Below, piece after piece: positions 46,404 through 52,821 of a stretch of DNA of 64,000 bases (positions are counted from its first letter, which is position 1; each line of letters begins with the position of its first letter). A program made the position numbers and the translations under genes. The notes under the pieces were generated by a model that saw only the letters and a program-made list of their open reading frames with translations, ran no database searches and was not told the origin of the DNA. Source of the stretch: a virus (taxonomy: Duplodnaviria; Caudoviricetes); IMG/VR virus record IMGVR_UViG_3300039167_000005, positions 19,298 to 83,297 of that record; one strand, 5' to 3'.

Positions 46404-46440
46404 TTGACTTATCTCAAAAACATGCTAATATAAAAGCATG
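46404..46440 (+). promoter_or_regulatory. rightward promoter with an operator-like palindrome
   Basis: TTGACT-16-TAATAT with TG extension; CATGCT-N8-AGCATG overlaps the -10. Confidence 0.6.
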
Positions 46441-46489
46441 TAGGAAAAATTTTCCTGCAAAAATGTCCCACAAGATTAGAGAGGTATAA

Positions 46490-47173
46490 GTGCTAAATTT
46501 TGAACATTTCGTAGTTACAGGGTGCGTGTCCGAGAGTACCAATGGGTGTGTGGCAGAACTTGCAAGCTCTGAGGTTAAGGTATTCTGGTTCATTTACAAA
46601 GAACTAAAAACAAACAATCGTCCTGTAATCAAAACGATGGACGAGATAGCGGACTTTTGTGGCATGTCTCGGCGGTCGGTCAGTAGAGCAGTATCCAAGC
46701 TGACAGATTTGGGAATTCTTCTTGTACACGAACAAACATCTAAGCAATTGTGGTACTATGGTGTAAATAAGGTAACATTCACACTCCCCAGTATCTATAA
46801 TAAAAACATAGACGTAGAAGAGCTTGTTTTTGACGAAGACATTGGGAAATTCCCCTGTCGTAAAGATGCCAAGAATAGTGCAAATGAACACTACGTTTAT
46901 ATCTGCAAACTTGATGATAAACCGGTCTACGTTGGGAAGGGGGTTAAAGATAGGTATAAGCACGCTATTAGCGGACAGAGTTCGAATCTTAAATTAAATG
47001 AAGCTTTCTTTACTTACGGTAAAGAGAGAATGAGCGTAGAAATTCTACGAGGCGGTCTTGATAACAAGACAGCTATCGAGGTGGAAGCTTCTACAATTCG
47101 TGCTCTACTAGCCAGCGGGGTAGAGCTATACAATACAACGATCCCTGTAGCCGTCCCTACACAAAGGTGGTGA
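46490..47173 (+). CDS. winged HTH-GIY-YIG fusion protein
   Basis: TMDEIADFCGMSRRSVSRAVSKL..LGIL, then YVYICK...VYVGKG...R...E. Confidence 0.7.
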   Translation: MLNFEHFVVTGCVSESTNGCVAELASSEVKVFWFIYKELKTNNRPVIKTMDEIADFCGMSRRSVSRAVSKLTDLGILLVHEQTSKQLWYYGVNKVTFTLPSIYNKNIDVEELVFDEDIGKFPCRKDAKNSANEHYVYICKLDDKPVYVGKGVKDRYKHAISGQSSNLKLNEAFFTYGKERMSVEILRGGLDNKTAIEVEASTIRALLASGVELYNTTIPVAVPTQRW

Positions 47174-47176
47174 AGC

Positions 47177-47233
47177 ACATAGGGAGAATCTCCACGTGTA
47201 CATAGGGAGAAACTGCTGACGTACATAGGGAGA
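47177..47233 (+). repeat. three iteron-like direct repeats ACATAGGGAGA
   Basis: copies at 47177, 47200, 47223 (23-bp period), followed by an A-rich tract. Confidence 0.8.
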
Positions 47234-47414
47234 TTCTCCCTAGTAGTAATATAGAATAAAGAGATAGAAAGAATAAAAGATTTAATCTTGATTTTCTCAC
47301 TACGTATTTGGACTGCTTGTGCAACCACATTGTCTTGTGTTAATATAGCGAAGCTATAGTAAGATAAACTTCACATAGTGAATTTCTCACCATGTGCATA
47401 TGAATGGAGGTGTT

Positions 47415-47555
47415 ATGAATCTTTATATACCTAAAGACCTCTTGGATTGGATAGATCAAAACAGGGGAGCATTGTCAAGACAAGCGTTCATTATACAATG
47501 TGCTTATAAGATTATGGAAATCGCTAAGATTAAGGAACTGCAACCTAGAAAATAA
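47415..47555 (+). CDS. ribbon-helix-helix-like small protein (46 aa)
   Basis: GGAGG RBS; LYIPKDLLDWIDQNRGALSRQAFI pattern. Confidence 0.6.
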   Translation: MNLYIPKDLLDWIDQNRGALSRQAFIIQCAYKIMEIAKIKELQPRK

Positions 47556-47587
47556 CTGGAATACTTAAAAACTGGAGACATATCTGT

Positions 47588-48028
47588 ATGACTGAAATTA
47601 AACCGTACATAACGGTTGACTATGATCTTTTGAAAGCTGATGGATTTGTTAATAAAGAGACAGGAGAGTTCTTTAAGCTGATTGCAAACGACAAACTGCT
47701 CTACTCTTATCTAAAAGCACGGATAAAATATTTCGTAATTGAACGAGGAGGGGAGTATTACGATACTCAAGAATCAATTGCAAATGCTTGTGGTATGAAT
47801 GTAACATCTGCTCGGAAAAGTCTTGCCAAATTTAGAGATAACGGAATCCTTGAGGCCAAGCTTCAACCGTTTAAAAACTACAATAATTGGAGGTACTATA
47901 GACTTCACAATCTTGAATTGTGGATGGGTGCTACTGGAAAAGAAAAGATGGTAGAGTCAACCACCAATGTTAACGTTAAAGAAAAACCTTACAACTTTGA
48001 CTTTGATGAGGAAGGGGTTCCGTTTTAA
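47588..48028 (+). CDS. winged-HTH protein, replication-initiator-like
   Basis: DKLLYSYL...YYDTQESIANACGM....ARKSL.KF...GIL; acidic tail DEEGVPF. Confidence 0.65.
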   Translation: MTEIKPYITVDYDLLKADGFVNKETGEFFKLIANDKLLYSYLKARIKYFVIERGGEYYDTQESIANACGMNVTSARKSLAKFRDNGILEAKLQPFKNYNNWRYYRLHNLELWMGATGKEKMVESTTNVNVKEKPYNFDFDEEGVPF

Positions 48029-48813
48029 TGAATTACTCTAAGATTTATAAATCATTGGTGGCAAACTGTAAATCTAGAAAAGTTTTACCTGAGTACTACG
48101 AGGCACATCATATTGTGCCTCGATGTATGGGAGGCGGTAATAACAGCGAAAACATTGTGAAATTTACTCCAAGAGAGCACTATATTGCACACAGATTGCT
48201 GAGTAAAATTTATCCAGAAGTTCTTGGACTTAAACTCGCGGTTATATTCTTAGCAGGTAGACATAAAGAAGATACTACTCTCAAGATTAGCTCAAAAGTA
48301 TATGAAAGGTTAAGAATTGATCTTATAGAAAGTAAGAGATTGTCGTGTATGAGGGCTGGTACAAGTGAGGTTTCCTACGCCGTTAAAATTCCAAAAGGAG
48401 TTTCAAATAAAATCAGGTGGTTTGACATCAAACCTCTATATAAGCCTACCCTATATTTGCTTGTTGTTAATTTAATAGCGGTCAGGTCCATAGCTATTTC
48501 TAAAAAGAATAGCTATGCAGCACTATCTTGCTGTGTGGGAGGAAACTGGCGCAAGATACCTAGTAAGACTCTCTTATGGGGAGCTGTGGAGTTTTTAGAG
48601 AAAAATGGCTATGTGGTCGTGGAGAGTTGCGCAAAGGATGTTCCGTTCCCTCTTAGAAAAAGAGCATCAGTCACAGCAACCGATAAGCTAATAAAGGAGT
48701 TTGAGTCATGTGCTGAGGAATGCCAAAGTACTTACTACGATAGTCTTGTGTTGACAAAGTTTAGAATACTCAAGACAAAGGAAGTTTATTACTCCCTCCC
48801 GTTTACAAAGTGA
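48028..48813 (+). CDS. HNH homing endonuclease (MobE-like)
   Basis: HHIVPRCMGG...N...T.REHYIAH.LL.K. Confidence 0.85.
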   Translation: MNYSKIYKSLVANCKSRKVLPEYYEAHHIVPRCMGGGNNSENIVKFTPREHYIAHRLLSKIYPEVLGLKLAVIFLAGRHKEDTTLKISSKVYERLRIDLIESKRLSCMRAGTSEVSYAVKIPKGVSNKIRWFDIKPLYKPTLYLLVVNLIAVRSIAISKKNSYAALSCCVGGNWRKIPSKTLLWGAVEFLEKNGYVVVESCAKDVPFPLRKRASVTATDKLIKEFESCAEECQSTYYDSLVLTKFRILKTKEVYYSLPFTK

Positions 48814-48865
48814 GAGCGGTTGGTGAAAATAAACCCAAACACCTACGAATCTGAGGAGAAAATTT

Positions 48866-49111
48866 GTGTTTAAAAAGAAGAACAAACGCAGTGAGTGGTT
48901 TCAAGGCTTGCTAGAAGCTGAGGAGCTTTATAAGGAAGGATATGTGTATTCATTTCATAGTGGACCAACAGTATTCTTTCGTGGAAAGAATTGTCACGGA
49001 ATGAAGGAAGCTATTTCTGGGTCATTTTATAAAAGATGGGGTGTAATGCAATATGTCATACACCAGATGTGTAATCCAGAAATCTTTCAAAAAGATTCTC
49101 AAGAGTATTGA
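48866..49111 (+). CDS. hypothetical protein
   Basis: GAGGAG RBS, GTG start. Confidence 0.55.
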   Translation: MFKKKNKRSEWFQGLLEAEELYKEGYVYSFHSGPTVFFRGKNCHGMKEAISGSFYKRWGVMQYVIHQMCNPEIFQKDSQEY

Positions 49112-49187
49112 CAAACACTTCTTTGTTTTGATATAGTATCCCTTCTGGTAACGAATTTGGAGGATTCACTTTACATGAAGAACTATT

Positions 49188-49370
49188 ATGACCGTAGATA
49201 CAATTTATCAGGAAGTAGTTGACTTCCTAGAACAGCTTGACGAAGAAGACCTAAAGCACATTATTGTGACAGAGGAAGAACTTATTGAACCTGTGTTCCG
49301 TTGGGAATACCAGTTCGAGAGTCTTACCGAGACAGAGAGTTTATTCCAAAGGGTTACTTCTTTTGATTGA
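49188..49370 (+). CDS. hypothetical acidic protein
   Basis: 60-aa ORF after a TTGACA-18-TATAGT promoter (49108-49137). Confidence 0.5.
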   Translation: MTVDTIYQEVVDFLEQLDEEDLKHIIVTEEELIEPVFRWEYQFESLTETESLFQRVTSFD

Positions 49371-49391
49371 CAAATAAATTCTGTCAACCTC

Positions 49392-49420
49392 TTGACATAT
49401 AACTGAATGTATGCTAAAGT
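49392..49420 (+). promoter_or_regulatory. tRNA operon promoter
   Basis: TTGACA-17-TAAAGT with TG extension. Confidence 0.8.
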
Positions 49421-49427
49421 GGACTCT

Positions 49428-49632
49428 TAACAGATGAGAAAAGCGTTGCTTCGATTTCTCTCCTTCTGACGTTTTCTCCTTGCGTCAGAAACCGCTACCT
49501 AACGGTAGCTCTCCGTCAGCTCCGGGTGTCCTCCTCCCGCTCAGAGCTGGCATTAAGATTCTCGTATTGTAGTTTCATCTATTACGGGAATCTTTCTTTT
49601 AGGGATTGTGAAGTCTTTAAAAGAAAGATTCT
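49428..49632 (+). ncRNA. structured leader or sRNA with CUCC(U) loops
   Basis: six successive hairpins, no ORF with an RBS. Confidence 0.5.
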
Positions 49633-49634
49633 TT

Positions 49635-49709
49635 TGGGAAGTAGCTCAGAGGCAGAGCGATCCGCTGTTAACGGATTGGTCGTAGGTTCGATCCCTACCT
49701 TCCCAGCCA
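49635..49709 (+). tRNA. tRNA-Asn(GTT)
   Basis: cloverleaf, TTCGA T-loop, encoded CCA. Confidence 0.95.
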
Positions 49710-49714
49710 AATAT

Positions 49715-49791
49715 CTTCGTATAATGTCAATCGGTAGACGGCCTGCTTTGGAAGCAGGAGGTTGGAGGTTCGAGTCCTCCTGCGAAGACCA
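49715..49791 (+). tRNA. tRNA-Pro(TGG)
   Basis: C1-G72, A73, encoded CCA. Confidence 0.93.
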
Positions 49792-49796
49792 GATTA

Positions 49797-49872
49797 GCCG
49801 TCATAGCACAGCAGGTAGTGCAGCTCACTTGTAATGAGAAGGTCGAGAGTTCAAATCTTTCTGACGGCACCA
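49797..49872 (+). tRNA. tRNA-Thr(TGT)
   Basis: GCCGTCA/TGACGGC acceptor, CT-TGT-AA loop, CCA. Confidence 0.92.
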
Positions 49873-49875
49873 TAT

Positions 49876-49951
49876 ATTCTCGTAGCTCAGTCTGGATTAG
49901 AGCAAGGAGCTTCTATCTCCTAGGTCGTAGGTTCGAATCCTACCGGGAATG
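49876..49951 (+). tRNA. tRNA-Arg(TCT), CCA not encoded
   Basis: AGGAG-CTTCTAT-CTCCT arm; TTCGAAT T-loop. Confidence 0.9.
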
Positions 49952-49957
49952 AACAAA

Positions 49958-50045
49958 GGATTCCTTTCCTCCCACCGGCATGAACGTAGGCGCGTTTATA
50001 AGGGAGGTTGGTTCGCGTGAGGATCATAACCTCGGGAGTCCACCA
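49958..50045 (+). ncRNA. tRNA-like RNA A (acceptor stem, T-arm, ACCA)
   Basis: GGATTCC/GGAGTCC stem; TGAGG-ATCATAA-CCTCG arm; no D or anticodon arm. Confidence 0.65.
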
Positions 50046-50048
50046 AAT

Positions 50049-50138
50049 ATGACAGCCTCTTTTGAGGATATTCCCGTAAGGGTGTACCGGATGTGTCCCA
50101 CAAGCGTAGAAAAACGATACGAGACGCCTGTCATTCCA
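50049..50138 (+). ncRNA. tRNA-like RNA B (7-bp closing stem, TCCA)
   Basis: ATGACAG/CTGTCAT plus T-CCA; internal hairpins. Confidence 0.5.
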
Positions 50139-50143
50139 ATAAA

Positions 50144-50218
50144 GCGGGTAAGTTGTTTACGGATACACGGCATCCTTCCAAGTTGCAATAGTCAGATCGT
50201 TACTGACTACCCGCTCCA
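50144..50218 (+). tRNA. atypical tRNA-Gly(TCC)
   Basis: GCGGGTA/TACCCGC, U73, CCA, CT-TCC-AA loop; T-loop ATCGTTA. Confidence 0.8.
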
Positions 50219-50248
50219 AGTTCCCGCTCTGCTTATCACATCGGGCTT

Positions 50249-50272
50249 ACCCACTTCTTGTGGGTTTTCTTA
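50249..50272 (+). terminator. terminator of the tRNA operon
   Basis: ACCCAC-TTCTT-GTGGGT followed by a T-run. Confidence 0.7.
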
Positions 50273-50371
50273 TTTCCTCCCGACAAGGAATCGTCTTTGT
50301 TCCACATAGACGTTAAAGAAAGAGTGAGGGTGAAAGTCCCTCAATTTCTATTCAAGAATTCATGGTGAAAT

Positions 50372-51178
50372 ATGCAAGTATCCCTGCAAAGAGACAATGG
50401 GTTTGTCGATCTTTATCCGCTCACCCCGTATTCAGCAGGAACTAGCCTGCAAATCACAAACCAATCTGGTCATTCCATCTATCTATCCCAAGACACTGTA
50501 GCTCCTACATCCCGTGTAATGAGCTTTCCCGTCCTCCCCGGACAAACTGTGATTGCACATGGTGGAAAGACCCATCTCTGGATCAGCTCAGATGGTGGGA
50601 TTGGCACTGTACAAACTCTCACTGACACAATCAGTCCCTTCATTGCCACAGACCTCCCATCCGATCTCTATACATCCGAGAAAGAAGGCATTCGTCGTCT
50701 GCGTGTTGACGTAGCACAGACAGGCTTCTTCGATGGTAGGCAGTTTGAGTTTATCAAGAAATTTACAAGTCCTGTAGTTTATCGTTTCACCTCTCCTCTT
50801 CCATTCATTCTGCAATTCCAAGACCTTACAGTAAATACTGGTAAGGTTGAATTATTCGCTTGGCATTCGAGTAATGTCACTCCTTCTGGAACATGGATAA
50901 CTGATCCTACTCCAATTTGGAGACTGAATGAGTTTAATACTTCATATACAAGACAAGCAACTATTGAGTCTGGTGGCACTGTAACTGTAGCTAACCAGAA
51001 TCTCTATAGGGATTATATTGTAATTGAAACAGCAGCATCTACAGGGCAGCGTACAAGCGTTGGTACACACCAAGCTGATGAGCGCTATCACATGCCAGGA
51101 ACATATTATGTCCAACTTGCAGGTGCTGGCACTGGAAGTTATCACATTAAGTGGGAAGAACGTCCTTACGGGATGTAA
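50372..51178 (+). CDS. hypothetical protein, possibly virion-associated
   Basis: 268-aa beta-rich ORF ahead of the packaging genes. Confidence 0.65.
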   Translation: MQVSLQRDNGFVDLYPLTPYSAGTSLQITNQSGHSIYLSQDTVAPTSRVMSFPVLPGQTVIAHGGKTHLWISSDGGIGTVQTLTDTISPFIATDLPSDLYTSEKEGIRRLRVDVAQTGFFDGRQFEFIKKFTSPVVYRFTSPLPFILQFQDLTVNTGKVELFAWHSSNVTPSGTWITDPTPIWRLNEFNTSYTRQATIESGGTVTVANQNLYRDYIVIETAASTGQRTSVGTHQADERYHMPGTYYVQLAGAGTGSYHIKWEERPYGM

Positions 51179-51196
51179 TTCCTGAAAGGAAGGTTT

Positions 51197-51628
51197 ATGA
51201 CAGAGAAAAAGAAACGTGGGCCGGGCAACCCTAACTTCCACAAGGGGATGCAGAGTCTTAATCCTACGGGCCGCCCTGTGGGAAGCGGCAAGACAGGGCT
51301 GAAGCGTAGTCGTCTACGGACAATTGAGAGCAAACTACTAGCGCTTAATCCTGAATCATTTGCGGTGATTGAGAAGTCTCTGAAGACTGAAGCCGTAGAT
51401 AAAGAAGCTGTACAAACAGCTAAGTGGATTCTACAGAATACTGTTATTGTGAATAAGGCAGCTCTTGCAGAAGAAATCACAATTAACGGATTGTCTGCCA
51501 AAGGTAAAGAAGATATGGAAGATGCACAGTCTGAAGAATCTGGTGCTCGCTTCACTATGGAATTTATCTCCGATGAAGAAGTTCCATATACCCTAGATAA
51601 TCTACCAGAGAAAGGAACACTGCAATGA
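51197..51628 (+). CDS. putative terminase small subunit
   Basis: GNPNF..G.SLNPTGRPVG N-terminal motif; upstream of terL. Confidence 0.6.
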   Translation: MTEKKKRGPGNPNFHKGMQSLNPTGRPVGSGKTGLKRSRLRTIESKLLALNPESFAVIEKSLKTEAVDKEAVQTAKWILQNTVIVNKAALAEEITINGLSAKGKEDMEDAQSEESGARFTMEFISDEEVPYTLDNLPEKGTLQ

Positions 51629-51870
51629 TTCAGATTAAAGAACCTTACGTGCAAAGTAACTTCAACAATGTACGCGGTCAGTATGCTTGCGTGAAGCCTC
51701 ACATTGGTGGCTATAACCAATACCTGAAAGAAGATGGTAAGTGGGGATATGTGCAAGATGCTAAAATCTTTACCAATCCAAATGACGCTGTAGCAGCCCT
51801 GCGAGGTAATATGGCCTCACAAGCAGGTTCTGTGCAGATTACACGTCCAAACCAACGAAAGCGTAAATAA
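51625..51870 (+). CDS. hypothetical protein
   Basis: coupled ORF. Confidence 0.65.
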   Translation: MIQIKEPYVQSNFNNVRGQYACVKPHIGGYNQYLKEDGKWGYVQDAKIFTNPNDAVAALRGNMASQAGSVQITRPNQRKRK

Positions 51871-51889
51871 GATTCTCTAGGAGGAGATA

Positions 51890-52282
51890 GTGTCAAAGAA
51901 TATTGAAATGAAGGATGTGAAGATTAAAGAACGAGTAGTCCTACGAGAGTACGACCCTATTAAGTTTACACAAAAGCTACAAGAGCTTTTTCTTGATGGG
52001 TGTGAAGTTGATACAAGTGTAATGCCTCGTTATAAGACGATGATGATGGAAGTAACCCTTACACGAGAACTTTCCCTTGAAGATGTGAAGGGAGGTAAGG
52101 CTTACAGTCAGCAAACTCTCCCTAATGTCATTGCAAGCGTAGAACCTAAGAGTGTACAACTTCCGAAGGAAGCTCTAGACGACCTGAGTTGGGATGCCCT
52201 CAAGGCTCTAGTCTCTATTCGAGGAATTACTGGAAGAGATCGTAACAAGATTACGAACGAATTTATTGCAACTTACTGTTAA
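51890..52282 (+). CDS. hypothetical protein
   Basis: AGGAG RBS, GTG start. Confidence 0.65.
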   Translation: MSKNIEMKDVKIKERVVLREYDPIKFTQKLQELFLDGCEVDTSVMPRYKTMMMEVTLTRELSLEDVKGGKAYSQQTLPNVIASVEPKSVQLPKEALDDLSWDALKALVSIRGITGRDRNKITNEFIATYC

Positions 52283-52337
52283 TAAGTGTACTTACTGTTG
52301 ATAAGTATTGACTTTTAGAGAATAAGTGTGATAAGAT
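52271..52337 (+). promoter_or_regulatory. terL promoter with three tandem palindromic operators
   Basis: ACTT(A/T)-N7-TAAGT at 52271, 52290, 52311; TTGACT-18-TAAGAT at 52308-52337. Confidence 0.55.
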
Positions 52338-52447
52338 TAACTTTTAGTTGAAAGAATTAAGGCTCGTCGAGATGACGCCCTTGTTTATTTAAATTCATGC
52401 CTTGTCGAGATGACACGCAGCCTTTTAAATAATTTAAAGGGGGATAG

Positions 52448-52549
52448 GTGAGTAAAGAAGAGAAGAAAGTATTTGGGCCTGCTAGTAAAAAGCAGGCCAT
52501 GTTCCTACAAAGTAATGCCGACATCATCGTATATGGCGGAGCCATGGGT
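52448..52549 (+). CDS. terL: terminase large subunit, exon 1 (34 codons; not in the ORF track)
   Basis: GTG start; FGPASKKQAMFL...IIVYGGAMG, first half of Walker A. Confidence 0.9.
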
Positions 52550-52821
52550 AAACTTCACTGCCCCTTCTACAAGAAATTGTAGAAAGATAACTCTTTTAAT
52601 TGCTGGAAACTCCTAACGTAAAGACGAGGACAATCAGCAGCCAAGCCCTAAAGGGAAGGCTCATCGACTATCCCGCGAGGGAGTAAGATCAAGTGATCTG
52701 AAACGGAGAGAGTCCTAACGTAAAGACGAGGACTAAGATATAGTCAGAACTATATGGAGACATATAGCAGAAACAGTTTTTTGTTTCGGGGAGAGATTAA
52801 CGAACTCTCTTGAACATTTTG
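52550..52821 (+). mobile_element. group I intron 1 in terL (272 nt, no ORF)
   Basis: removal gives GGAMG-GGKT; P1 GGGU/GCCC; P7 GACUA/UAGUC; ends in G. Confidence 0.9.

Noticed and set aside
47177-47233. CRISPR-like mini-array
   Set aside because: Repeats are 11 bp with 12-bp spacers, far too short, and no cas genes are present; the same applies to the 26714-26818 repeats.
46305-48813. Lysogeny control module
   Set aside because: No integrase, CI/Cro-type peptidase-HTH or partition genes in the window; the wHTH and RHH genes fit replication or autoregulation better.
50019-50033. GAGG-ATCATAA-CCTC read as a Met (CAT) anticodon arm of a broken tRNA
   Set aside because: The hairpin stacks directly on the acceptor 3' strand, in the T-arm position, and lacks U33; it is better explained as a variant T-loop.
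49526-50309. ORFs of 102 and 109 aa in the tRNA region
   Set aside because: They run through tRNAs and structured RNAs; no RBS.
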